Assembly (NCBI RefSeq): GCF_022539665.2
Contig: NC_081332.1
Span: 1,922,001-1,986,000, forward strand
Reading direction: 5' to 3'
Length of the DNA stretch: 64,000 nucleotides
From: Daphnia carinata
Taxonomy: Eukaryota
The notes under the pieces were generated by a model. It saw only the letters and a list, made by a program, of their open reading frames with translations, made no database searches and was not told the origin of the DNA. The position numbers were made by a program, and so were the translations under genes. The stretch's first letter is position 1. Each line of letters starts with the position of its first letter. Shown here in pieces: positions 14,001 to 26,879 of the stretch.

Positions 14001-17000
14001 CCGGCCGACGGTAACATTGGCTGATCTCATTTCCAAATCCCCCCCTTTCCTCCCCACACACACACACACACACAAAAAAAAGGAGTTTAAATGATATCAT
14101 CTCTTATATACAGTGAAAAAAAAAATGGCCCTCAGCGTGCCCTACCTCGGCAATGTATTTTTTGTTGTTATTGTTGTTCTTGTTCCTGTTGATTTTGTTG
14201 TATTGATGAACGACCTGTGCTGTCGTGACAGGTCGCTAGTCACGATTTGCTGGCTACAAAATCTGGGAACTTTTGAAAGTTAATTGAGTAGACGATGGCT
14301 TTATTTGTTTCAATACGAGAATGAAACAAAAAAAAAACTGGAACAATTGTTCCAAACGGATTTTTTTTTGTGTGTGTGTGTGTTTGTGCTTTTAAAGGTT
14401 TCCGCCCACTTCATTTGCCCTTTCGTGTTTTTTTTTTCTCTTTTCAATTACGGCGATGACGTTTTCGTGCGGGAGCAAAACGCCATCTATGAGCCGCCAT
14501 TTCAACCCTTTCCCGAAAACAATTGACATGTCGATTGGGACACGAAAACCTCGAACAAGTTTACACATAAAGAAAGAAAAAAAAAGATGACCGTGATGTG
14601 CCTGTTCTTCTTAGTTGGTTATCGGGTTCGTTTCACCCCCCCCCCCCCCCGCCTCCAAGCCAAAAAAAAAAATAAATAATGTTTTTGCGTGATAAGCCTA
14701 GGAAAATTCATATCTATGTCAACTGAGGGGGGGAAACAAGACCACACACACGAACGCGTTTTCCGTTCGTAAATCCAAACAAATTGAGCAAGCAAAAAAA
14801 AAAAAAAAAAATCTAATTATAATAAATAATCGAAAATATTCAATTCGAGTAGGGGAAAAAAATTAAAAAAAAAAAAAATGCCATCGTGATAAATGAAAAC
14901 GATCCTTGACCTACTGATTGAAAATCGTTTGTCCCTCAATTGGCAAACGACTTTATGGATCCCAAAACTTGAAATCGTGTGTTTGTGAGAGTTGGGGTGG
15001 TGGCATTCGTGTTCTTGGACGTCATAAAAAAAAAAAGAACATCGGTCCGAATTTGAGAGATAGAGGACACTTCTTCCCACGCTTTTTTTCTTTCTTATTT
15101 AGGAGCACAGACTTCTTTCGGGGGCAATGAAAAATGCATTTTCCCCAAACTTTTGTGGGATTGGGCCAAACTGGGTCAACGAAGACGCATTTTCAGGTCG
15201 CTACTACCGCAACCGGTTTTCCCATTTTTTGTTGTTTTTTTTTTTTTTTCAAACATCCTCCAGCTGACTTATACGTCTGTGTTGGGTCTTTGTTCAAAAA
15301 CAAGTGGAAGGCTTAAGTCTGTCCCGAATCTACCTCCCTACCAGACATAATAATTTAACGATCAAAAATAAATCGCTAAAGCCCCTCGCCTTTTGGTTAC
15401 GAAAGGCGAGGAGTGGGGGGGGGGGGGATCTGGGTTCGTCAAACGGGTCAAACCGGTTCAAATGGCACCGACATAAATTTTAGATTAAGAAACAGGGGGG
15501 GGGGGGGGAGGGAATAAAAAGAGAGAGAAGTGAAAGGCTGTTGGAGGTCACGAAAGCATCTGCAGTTAACAAACGCCAATACATTATGACGATTTAATTC
15601 CTTTTTCTTTCAAATCATAATTCAAATCGCCGCCAGGGGGACAAGAAAAAGAAACAACAACAGCAGTTGCACACCTGAAGCTACGAATGGTTTAACGATC
15701 AAAGAAAAAACGTCTCATTAAAGCGCTCCGAACAACACGAAAAAAAAAAAAACAGCATCTGTCATCGTTGTCCCGTAGATAATGACATTCCCTCCCTCTC
15801 CCCCCCCCTCGTCATTTCATTTGTCGTTTCTTTTCTTTCATTGTCCGAGTTTTCGTGACTCCACCCTCCCTCCCCCCCTTCCATTTTTTTTTTTTTTTAA
15901 GGGCGGATTCGATCGATGACCCGGGTTCACCGTCCCACGAAACAAAAACGAAAGTCGTGAGTTACAGAAGGAAAGAAAGAAAGAAAAAACTCTTCAGGGG
16001 GGAGAAGATACGAAACATCCAATGACGGACGATTGCGAGCAGGTCCTTTTTCTTCTCGTACACCGACCCTTTTTTTTTTTTCTTGTGCCACCAGTTCCCA
16101 CCTGTGCGTGTAAAAAAGATTTTTCCTTCCCGCTTCTGTTGAAGAAAAAAAAAAAAAAAAACGACATGGTCGAAAAGGTTGGCCGAGGGTCACCGACCGG
16201 TCACGCAGCATTAAATCTCGTTCGGGTCCCACACCGATATAACGTTCTGGTGATGATTGTTTTCTTTTACGATTTTTTTTTTTAACTTGTACAACTAGAG
16301 GCAAATTTATTTATTTATTTTCTTTTTTAAAAACATTAGTTGAACTGACCATCTGCCGCAATTTGTCTTTTGCCGCGTTCCATTCTCGGTTCGTTGTACA
16401 TCATCATCTGTGCTATTTGCAGCAGCTCATCTGGCGTGCGGGAGTCAGCAAAAAAAGGAGGGAGAGAGAGAAAACATTTTTTTTGTGTGTGTGTGTGTGT
16501 GTTGGACTGAAAGGTCACGAACCTCTCGCGACCTCCGCGGAACCCGGATGAAACGTAGCGCCCCCGGTCGATAACGCGCGCACGCCGAATTATTCCCCCC
16601 CCCCCCCCTTTCGTGGACCCCTTCCAGGGATCTTTCTATCCTTTTTTTTTTTATTATTATTTTTCTTGACGGTTGTTGATATTCTTTTGATTATAACCAA
16701 AATGGGGTGTAGAGGCGGTGTTTCACGCAGTTTCCCGCATACATCGGCCGGGGCAAGATACACACACACACACACACACACAAAAAAATGAAATTTATTC
16801 AAACCCGCATCCATCATCTTTCCATCGGAAAAAAAAGGAACGTTTTTTTTTTTTTTTGATGGAATGTTTCAATCAATGAATCGATTCATTTAATTTTAAA
16901 AATAATTATTTCAAGTTAAAATGCGAATGTCAACATTTCCGGTTCTGCAATTTCCTAAAATTGTGTGTGTCTGTTGTTGTCGCGCGTTTCCTCTTCTTTT

Positions 17001-19440
17001 GGGCTTCTATTACAACAAATCCCTCCTTTTTCTACTACCCCCTACCCCCGGAAAGGAAAAAAATATTTTCAAGGGGGTAGTAAAAAAAAGAAAAAACCGG
17101 TCAGCACAAACAACTCCCCCCTTCTCTTGTCTGACATCCTCTTTGCACCGCCAAAGTCTCCCCTTCTTTCTTTTTTTTTCGAAAATAAAACATTTCTTAA
17201 CAAACAACAAGGTTACGGGTTCATATTATACAAAAAGTTGAAGCGCTTGATATTCACTTTGTAAAAAAAAGGTCACAGCCGAAAAACGATCCCACCATCT
17301 TCTTTTCAACAGGAACCTTCTTTCCTATTGGCTAGCAAAATAATAACGTATTCCCTACATACAAAATGTCGACCTTCCTCCTCCCCCCCCCCACGACCTT
17401 CTTCCAATTTTTTTTTTTTTTTTTTTTTGGGGGGGGGGGGGGGGGGGGAGCCCCGGTTTATTCTGGTCATGTGTGTTTCGGTTTTTACTTTAGTTTGGAA
17501 GAAGGGACAGGAAAAAAAAAAAAACGAAAGAAGATGAATTCAAATGTAGAAAACTCAATTGCCAGTTGAGTATAAACAGCCCACTAGATGGCTACGAAAA
17601 AAACGTGATAATCATGTTCCTTTCCCTCCAGTTTACCCCCAAAAAACACAAACGATTTTTGCCACTCACCTCACGTTAAAAACTGCCTGATGAATATCGA
17701 TACACAACGTAGGTCCCATCGAGTCAGAATTGAAAAAAATAATAATAAACAATTCAACACAATTTGCACCACAGAAAACTGCACTAGAACACTCAACACA
17801 CACACACACACACACAGACGGGGGAATGAGAGAAGGCGGAGCTGAACTGCAATAGACCCACTCGCAGTCACGACCTGTCCCGCACTCCGACCCTTGGCTT
17901 TGTAACAGTGCCAAGCGCCCTCTCTTTTCTCCCTTTGCGTCTTATTTTTATCCGACCTTCCCTCAGTCCCCTCTTTTCCGAAGGGGGAGGGGGGGAGATA
18001 TCCAACAAATGAAGATAGGGGAAAAAAAAAAAAAGATGGAGCTAAAAAAGAAAAAAAAAAAAAGCCCAGAAGAGGGAGCTGGGGCGCACAATAATGTCTT
18101 ATATATATATACTACCTGGGCTACACACAGCTTCCAAGGTAACATATAGCCCAAGCGTAACCTAACCTTAAACCCCCCCCCCACCTCCTTTTTCTCCTTT
18201 CCATCTTTTGCACCACTCCTCTCCTTTTCTATATTCTCTCCACCCTTTCCTTTGCCCTCCCTCCCCCCCCTTTTTTTTTCTTCTTCTTTCAAACCCAACC
18301 CCGTCGCAACCTATCGATCCATGTCGTTCCCCCCTCAAACCAACAAATCGATACTCGGTAGGTACCTTTTCTTTTTATTATTTATTTTATTATTTATTTT
18401 TCGTTCGAATTCGAAATAATAAAAGTTTTTGGCCTCCGGAAAAAAAGGGAACATTTTTGTTGTTGTTGTTTTGGGGAAACGCATTCCTCAGTTTCCCTCC
18501 ATCCGCTGAATCGGATTTCTGTTTGACGTAATGCCGTCGATCAAATGTTTCCCGTCGGATCGCAGCGGCGGCGCTGGTGGACACACTCCCCCCACAAAAA
18601 AATTTGTTAAAAAAGTAAACCGAGAGTTTGATGTGCGACCGTTGTCCTTCCTGTCTCCTGTTACGTATCTTTTTTTTTTATTATTATTTATTCAGTTGGA
18701 CACAAAAAATAAAAAAACGCTTTTTCAACTCAAACGACAGGGTACAGGTAAACAACACATTTTGTTTTGCTTTCTTCAAATGTTTCCTCAATGATAGTTG
18801 GGGGCCCTTAGCCGACCACGCTATCGTCAGTCTCCAAGGTGACCGCACCCCTGACCAATCTTTTTACCTTTGACCTTTATACATTTCAACGACGACGAGA
18901 ATTCGAACCGTATTTTCCACGCATGCCTGATTCTTTTTTCAGTATCTCCCTTGAAATAATGGCGCCATTGGCCATCAACTAGAACAGCGCACACACACAT
19001 TCGAACGTAGCACAACCTTTTCTCATTTCTAGGTCAGCGCCATGCCAAGATCAACGGCTTTCACTTTCGCTTGTTTTCAACCTCGTTTTGGCCTTGAGGA
19101 AGAAGAAAAAGAAAAAAAAAAACTCGCGCATGCACCGTGAGATCGCCCGGGCACTTCTATTATGCTAACGTAAACATCCAAGTTTGAGATTTTGTTCGGG
19201 GGGGTTTTTGTCTTACCTTTTTCTGGCGACTGCAAAGCATGGAGTCCAACACGAGGAGAAAACACAAGCACAAGTCAGTAGAGTCACAAACACTTTAAAG
19301 TGTGGTACACACGGTGTGTACAACGCCCAAACATCTGACACATTCGCTGTCATCCGAGTCTCGTTGCCCTCTGACCGGTTGTAATTCCCGAAAAATACCA
19401 TATGACCTCGCGGCCACAGCAGATCACGATCGGGACAGAG

Positions 19441-22400
19441 TCTTTTGGGCGAGTTACAAAAAGGACTCCAGGGTTTCCGACTTTTGGTTGCAGGTTTCCG
19501 ACACTTGGACATCTGGTACCCGACGAAAGGACATCTGTTCACCGACGTTTGGACTAGTGGTCCCCGACATTTGGGCGCAACAATATATTGTTGCTGAACC
19601 CAACGAGCGCTACACTTTCCGACAAGAGGACTCCCGTGCCATCGACATTAGGACTTTTTTTTTTATTGATGATTAGTATTGTATACGTCAAACGGACTCC
19701 CGATCTAGCGACAAATGGACTCTCCATACAGTTACACGTTGATTGTTTTATTTCTATTACCTTATATTTTATACATACTTTTGCCAAGTAGGTAGGATAT
19801 TTAATTAATGTTATTATTATAGAGATGTTTTTCTATGCTGTATCTGTTTATAAATTGTACTATTTGTATTACAGAAAAAAGTATTAATAAAACTATTAGT
19901 TTAGCCCCATTTGCAATTGTATTGTTTACTTTTTGGACATGGCGTTTGACCGAAACCAAGGTGTTATTTACGAATTAGTGCAAAATTACGTGAAATCGAA
20001 AGCATGTCTCGCGCACCTGAAGTCCTATGTAGAACAAGACAGTGTTGTAATGAGAGCTGCAACTGGACACGATTGGGGAAAGTTAAAAGCTAATGCCACA
20101 TATGGCATTATTGCATCTCCTGATAATCCACAGAGGATAAATGCTGTAAGTTTCAGGTATTGTTTTTATTCATATTGAATTGTAATCGTAAGCCATGTCA
20201 CAAACCCAGAATAATCAATTGATCGTTCATTATTGTATATTTAACTATTGTAACAAAGAATTACATTGTTTAGGAAAACTAACTTCGTCTATTTGTTTTG
20301 TTGTTGTTAACTTTTTTTCCAAAAAACTGTATGCCGAAGTGCCATAGAGACCGAAGAGACTTTCATTCAGACGCAAATGTATTGATTTTTCGTAATATTT
20401 ATAATGAATGCAAGAAAAATCCAATCAAGGAGAAAAAAGAAAAGCGCGTCAAGGCAGAGTAGAGATTATTCTTCCCGTAGTTGATTTTAGGTGTGTTTTC
20501 AATAAAAATGAGATGATTTTCAATTGGAAACCCTGCTAACTTTTCATGCTAAGAGAGATTAAAATATTAAGTTATCGCTAAACTCAAGAACTTGGATTTC
20601 ACGATAGAAGTTTACTTACGCAATGAAGAGGTCAATATATTTTACAGTCAATTACACAGGAGGCCAAAGGGTATTGATTTCTTCATGAAGTGATCCAGGT
20701 ACCCAGGCTTTATAGGCCCCCAGGAGATAGAATTTATCTTTTTGCCAAGCGGCAAGAAGCGAATCTAAGCTATCGAGATTACCAATTGTCAGTTGTTGAA
20801 GTAACACTTGTGTCTTGGGCTGGAGTTTCACCCATGTCTTGACCATTGTTGATGGAGTTGACAGCAGAGCTGCCGTGTATCTACATAACAAAATTACTTA
20901 TTTAGTACGGCTGGAAAATATGAACAAAACTAGAGCCAATACGTACTTTGCTAGAGGACGACAAACCTCTCCATTAAGGAAAAACTGGGCTAAAAACTTG
21001 AACCGGTCGATACCAGCTGGATATTCAAGCTCCATTACAGGCAGAGGCCAACCACTTCTCCCAAATGTAACATTCATGTGACACATTACACGGCCCTGGT
21101 CTGAATCATAACCAGGGGCAGGAAGCTCCAAGGGGGCAGAGAAGGTGCACTGTGTAGGACTGAATATAGGCAGCCATTCGGGTTTGATGGCCGTAATACC
21201 ACGCAAATAGATTTTGTTGGCATGTTCATAAATGTCCTGATAAATGATCCATTCAGGGTGCGAATAGCGCAAGATACTCGATGGGTTCAAGAAGACAGGA
21301 TCTTCCATTTCTGGGCAGCGATAAGCGTATTTGTACTTTCTACAGTCTTCGGTTTCCTTGATTTCATTTGGAGGTATTCGCTTAGCCACGTGATCGGGAA
21401 GTCCAGCCATCAGAATCTGACGCAAAAGTTTGGCTTGCAATTCAGTAGGGGGGCGCCATGCGAGGGTCAACCACAATCGATGCAGTGCCCGATGGTAAAT
21501 TCAAGTTCGTTTCGTTTGTCAGCTAGACCCGCAGTTTTCGGACTTCACGAAGAGCTTTGCTACGTATCCCGTTCGTGGAACAAAACGCTTCAATATCACC
21601 CGAGTACTCGGCGGCGCCAACAGCACGCAGGAGTACCATGGGGTCTCCTAAAAGTAGGGACTGTCCCGTTCCAGCCCAGGATAGACGTTGACCAAGCCAC
21701 CTTCTGTGAGTATCGCCTGCTACAGAATCGGCTGGCTGATCCAGCACAAGTTCTTGTACTAATAGGGCAGCCACCAGAGTAATGCTCAGCTGACGTAGGT
21801 CATTTTGTTGGCTTAATAATAACATCTTTGCAAAGCGCGGTGCTAATGGATAAGCTGCCATGGCTCTGCCAAGTGGAGTGATTTTTGACATCCATTCTTG
21901 GCTTTCTGTAAATGCTAAAATGAATTTTCAATATTTTAAAATGTAATTGAAAAACAGTACGAATCTTACGTTTGAGTCCTACGCTGCGTGGCGGCGGTTC
22001 CAGTGCATTTAGCAATAATAGCCGACGCTCAGCTGCATATAACTGCTAAATATCAGGTGGCGTCGGAAACAGAAAGTGGATCACTTTTTCAATGTCCATT
22101 GACTTCATTTGTAGAACTAAATCGTCAATCGGTCTGGAATAAAACTTTGTTATACTTCCCTTGACAGTAGCCAAATCTATGATAATAATACCTTCGCGCG
22201 ATATCTGGCAAGGAAAATTTTTCAAACTCGTCATTAAAGACGTCAAAAGAATAGAGTCGGTAACAATGTCCCGGGCCGGTACGACCAGCTCGACCAGCAC
22301 GTTGATTAATATCCCCTTCGCTAAAAAAAAAAAAAAAAAGGAATTACAAACTCTTAGACAATTAATACTACCAGACGGTTTTTAAGTATGTACTGTATAA

Positions 22401-23286
22401 CATGCTATTAATAGAAATATTATATATTCATTAATTTCATAACATTATTTGAAAGATTGCTGTTAGCATTACCTTTCCCTGGATATGCACATTGGGACCT
22501 CGAGACAAGTGGGGCTGTTGGCTTTGAGTCAACAATGGAATCATGAGTTTGTGCTGCGAGTGACAAAAGGTTATGTACATTAATTATTTAATATGCTTAA
22601 CAGGAATTCTTCCTTGGTCTTACCTTATCCTCCATTTCCACATTTCTTAATAACAGAGACTAAGTGTTGATGTATACTCTACAATGTCTTGGATGACGTA
22701 TGGCAGCAACATTATAAGGAATGGTTTCAATTGCTACATCATACCTTAGTGCCTTGAATAACTAAAAGATTAGTAAATTTAAGTAAATAAAAACTTGATA
22801 GATTTACCTCTGGCATCAGCACATAAACTCTTATAATTTTATTCATCCTTTTTTCTGTAATACAAATAGTAAAATTAATAAACCGATACATCATAGGAAA
22901 ACACATCTATAGTAACGAAATTAATTAAATATCCTACCTACTTGGCAAAAGTATGTATAAAATATAAGGTAATAGAAATAAAACAATTAACGTGTACCTG
23001 TATTGAGAGTCCATTTGTCGCTAGATCGGGAGTCCGTTTGACGTATACAATACTTATCATCAATAAAAAAAAAGTCCTAATGTCGATGGCACGGGAGTCA
23101 TCTTGTCGGAAAGTGTAGCGCTCGTTGGTTTCAGCAACAATTTACTGTTGCGCCCAAACGTCGGGGACCAGTAGTCCAAACGTCGGTGGACAGATGTCCT
23201 AACGTCGGGTTCCAGAGTCCAAGTGTCGGAAACCTGCAACCAAAAGTCGGAAACCCTGGAGTCCTTTTTGTAACTCGCCCAAAAGA
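19441..23286. mobile_element. Non-autonomous long-TIR DNA element (Pack-TIR / Pack-MULE-like) carrying captured gene fragments
   Basis: 19441-~19900 and ~22825-23286 are reverse complements (TCTTTTGGGCGAGTTACAAAAAGGACTCCAGGG...), with internal CCGAC..TTGG sub-repeats. I see no transposase ORF and no clear target-site duplication. Confidence 0.75.
20652..22310 (-). pseudogene. DHX37: 3' half of DEAH-box helicase DHX37 (kurz/Dhr1-like), introns retained, disabled
   Basis: It starts at helicase motif VI ([20 protein letters not shown]), followed by [11 protein letters not shown], an HA2 region (ITPLGRAMAAYPLAPRFAKML), GDPMVLL, an OB-fold region (VFLNPSS..YLRGITAIKPEWL) and the C-terminus. In-frame TAG stops occur at 22046-22048 and 21523-21525, with a frameshift in the G run near 21450. 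Confidence 0.88.
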
Positions 23287-23342
23287 GTAGTTTACTAACA
23301 CAATGATGTTTCTGTTTTCTGAACAAACTTTTACACTTACAG

Positions 23343-24554
23343 GTTGTGGCAAAAGTACAGGAAGAACTTGTAAACTATCAGGAAACAGGGATCAGTGTAA
23401 TGGAGATGAGTCATAGATCCCCTGAATTTATGCAAATTGTCACTGATGCCCAGAAAGAGATTCAACAACTTTTGTAATCTTCTACCCTCAAAAACAAATG
23501 AAAATACCCTTTATTCATCTGAAACTTCTTTCTGACTAGACACATCCCTACCAATTACTCAATATTATTCATGGTGGGAGGGGGAACAGGACAATTTGCT
23601 GCTGTTCCCCTAAATCTCATGCATTCTGGTGGCAAAGCCGTTTACTTGAATACAGGCATTTGGTCCTCAAAAGCTGCCAAAGAAGCCTCCAAGTATGGTC
23701 ACATAGTTGAAATCAAACCCAGTCTCCAAGCATCATCAGAAATTAAATGGGATCTGGATCCAGATGTGTCATACTTCTACTATTGCTCTAATGAAACTGT
23801 ACAAGGGGTAGAATTGCCTTGTATTCCTGATACACATGGAATCCCCTTAGTAGCTGATATGTCATCCAACATCCTTACCAAAGATTTTGACATAACCAAG
23901 GTGTGTGACATTACTGAAGCAAAAGGAGCCTCACTTTATTGTATTTTGTTTTCAGTTTTCCCTCGTATTTGCCGGGGCTCAGAAAAATATCGGTCCAGCT
24001 GGTGTGACTTTAGTGATTGTCCGTAGTGATCTCTTGGGAAAACCCTCACCTTTCTGCCCAACAATACTCAATTACACTGTGATGGCTCAAGAAAACTCAC
24101 TGCACAACACACCCCCATGTTTCAGGTATTCATACAATTTTTGCTTAGGAACTTCACAGTTTTCATTCATTAACATTCTATGTACAGTCTTTATGTTATG
24201 GCATTGGTTTTCAAATGGATCACGCAACAAGGAGGTGTAAAAGTTATGGAGCAACGCTCAGCTTTAAAAAGTCAAATGATATACGAAGTTGTTGACAATT
24301 CAAATGGCTTCTATAGCTGCCCAGTTCCAGCTTCTGTTCGCAGTCGGGTCACCATTCCATTCCGTATTCAACAGGGCAACGAAGAGCTTGAAAAAGAATT
24401 TGTCGATCAAGCCAAAAAACTAAATATGATTCAACTTAAGGGCCATCGATCTGTCGGTGGGATACGGGCGTCGCTATATAATGCCGTGACTGTTGAAGAA
24501 GTCTCTATGTTAGTTGATTTCATGAAAGATTTTATGAAATCAAAATTGCAATAG
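23343..24554 (+). CDS. PSAT1: Phosphoserine aminotransferase, exon 2 onward; first exon not found
   Basis: [40 protein letters not shown], the PLP-lysine motif [14 protein letters not shown] and [17 protein letters not shown]. The frame is intact across GT-AG introns, with the stop at 24552-24554. Confidence 0.92.
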
Positions 24555-24927
24555 TTCCAAATAGTACGAGTCTCCCAAAGCGCTTGTCGTTTTAATACTC
24601 AAAGATTTTCGGTTTTACGGGTACTATAGAACTTTTTATTGTAAGCTCTTTAGTCTAAGGTGATATCAAAATACCTTAATACATTCCACTTTTTTCAAAT
24701 GTATTTCCCGTTAGCGATTCTCTTTCTATAGAAAATTACTTATTGCAGTAAGTAAAAACTTAAAAGAAAATAAAGATTGCGAAACCCTTCACTTTTTTGA
24801 AGCAAGTTTAGAAACATTCAAATAGGCCCCTGGCGTTGGCGCCATCATCCATTGGTACAACGGTACACACGCTGGTTCGTGTTGTCGTCTACACCGTGTC
24901 AGACGTTTATAGCCGCACCATTGAACG

Positions 24928-26615
24928 ATGGCTCCCTTCGTAGCACGTGGAAATCACATTGCAATTGGATCGGAAGATTCCGTGTTGTATATAGACACAA
25001 CGTAAAGTTTAGCATTGAATCTAATAAATAAATTAAATGTAACATTTTTAACTTCTCGGGTTTACAGGACTGGCATTTTCAAAAATGCTTCCATACCCCC
25101 TTTATCGGAAAGCGATGCAAAGAACCCTAAACCAAAGCCACAATTGGAAAACGTTAAGCCAAAGCAACAAACGGAAAACGCTGAGTCCGAGACAATTTCA
25201 CAGTTCGTAAATGGATACTTCTGCTTTTTATTGTTTTGTCAATAACATTTTTTGCCAAGGAAAACTAATTCAGAAGACTATTCTCATCTAAACTTGGGTA
25301 CTTGCCTAGCTTTATCATCGTGTTCCTCATTGTTGGCTGTGTGCACTTCAGATAAGAATCTGACTGTCTGGAATTTATCCATGATGGAGGTTGTGAAACA
25401 GTGGAAGACAGCCCGAAAAGTTTCTTCCATAAAATTCAACAGTGGCAGCACTCAACTGTTTGTCGCTGGTATAGTTATTTTTGTTGTAAATGTTAATTGG
25501 TCAACAATCAGTCCTTTAATTCACTATACACACAGACAAAGCTGGAGATTGCTTCTGTTATTCTCTGAGCACGCCAGCTGACCAAGGCAAACTTATTCTA
25601 GGACATCTATCTATGCTGCTGGATGTGGTAAGAGTATTCAGCTCTGGTGTTTTCCCTTTCTATTGGCAGTATTGAGTTCTGTTTATGAATAATTTCTTAA
25701 TTTAAATTTAGGTGGTTTCTGATGACAGCAAATTCATTATTACTAGTGAAAGAGACGAAAAAATCAGAGTTTCTTGTCTGCCCAATGCATACAACATTCA
25801 TTGCTATTGCTTAGGGCATACTGAGTTTGTCACATCATTGGCTTTTGTCAGACAAAACTTGTTACTCTCAGGCTCTGGTGTAGGTATTTACTCTCATCAA
25901 TGCCTTTTGTGCATATACTAATTTTGAAAATTGGTGATAGGATGGAACATTAAAAGTGTGGGATTATTTAAATGGCAAGCTCTTGCACACTGAGAATTTA
26001 AAGGAGCCTTCAGATGAAGAAATGGACAAAGCAGTCAGATCTGTAGTAGTGCATAAAGTCTCAGAATCCATGTGTATTGCAGCTGTATTGCTTGATAGGT
26101 ATTGCATGTCACTGTTTATGTTGGAAATGTTACTAATGGGTTTGAAATTCCACAGAGTAAAGACCATATTCTTATTCAAAATTACCGGCGAAGAGCCTAC
26201 ATTTCAGCGGCAAACGATACATTTCCTAACCCAGCCTTTAGAAACTGCATTTACCGAAGAGGGAAGCCTTTACGTTTTAACAGACAGCGCTACGAACCCT
26301 ATTGAATTTCTAGGGAAAGACGAATCGTTTCAATACACCCTTGGAGAATCTGCAGTAATCGGAACTTTGTTAGCCAATGCCAACTACCTCAAAATCATTC
26401 AGGGTAAGTGTTGAATAAATTCTTTCACCTTTATCCTTTTAGATAACATTTTAATTTTAGATGCCGTACGTTCCTGCAATGGGGATTTGAAACCTCTATT
26501 TAAGCGCTGGTTTGATAACGTCCAAGTTTATCGTGAGAAAAAGCTGGAACAATTGAAGACTCAGCCTTCGAATCTAGACGTCACATCTAGCCCTAAAAGG
26601 TTACGAGTCGAATAA
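24928..26615 (+). CDS. WDR4: tRNA m7G46 methyltransferase non-catalytic subunit WDR4 (Trm82/wuho)
   Basis: WD40 motifs ADKAGD, ILGHLSMLLDV, IITSERDEKIRVS..P..IHCYCLGHTEFV and LLSGSGDGTLKVWD, and a C-terminal LFKRWFDNV..Y.EKK. The exons join in phase. Confidence 0.9.
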
Positions 26616-26879
26616 GTTTTTGTCATCGGTCTTTCTATTAACTTGTAAATTCAAATTATTCTTTGAATGTTACACACAAAAAATTTTGACGTATGGCTTT
26701 TTCTTTTTTTATTATTTCACCAACCAACAGAGAAGATGATCATTAGGGGAACTTTTCATTTTACATTGTGGGACGTAGCCATAGGTTAACGATCTCTTCT
26801 TATTTACTCTACTACAAAATTGCTCTGATGGATGACGAGCGATGTGTTTTTTCGACTCGTTTTTCTAAGAATTCCTGCC

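Noticed and set aside
10480..19100. Dozens of short ORFs rich in K, F, CV or G runs
   Set aside because: They are translations of homopolymers and dinucleotide repeats in the HR78 5' introns and UTR region.
19302..19791. ORFs with FWASYKKDSRVSDFWLQV, repeated at 23060-23352
   Set aside because: They are the translated TIR sequence. The frames differ between copies and I see no transposase motif.
21222..21782. 186-aa plus-strand ORF, and similar antisense ORFs at 27100-27582, 30852-31244, 32400-32771 and 39996-40382
   Set aside because: These are antisense shadows of real coding exons with no independent support.
20652..22310. DHX37 as a functional gene using stop readthrough
   Set aside because: The helicase core upstream of motif VI is absent, and there are two stops plus a frameshift, so pseudogenisation is simpler.
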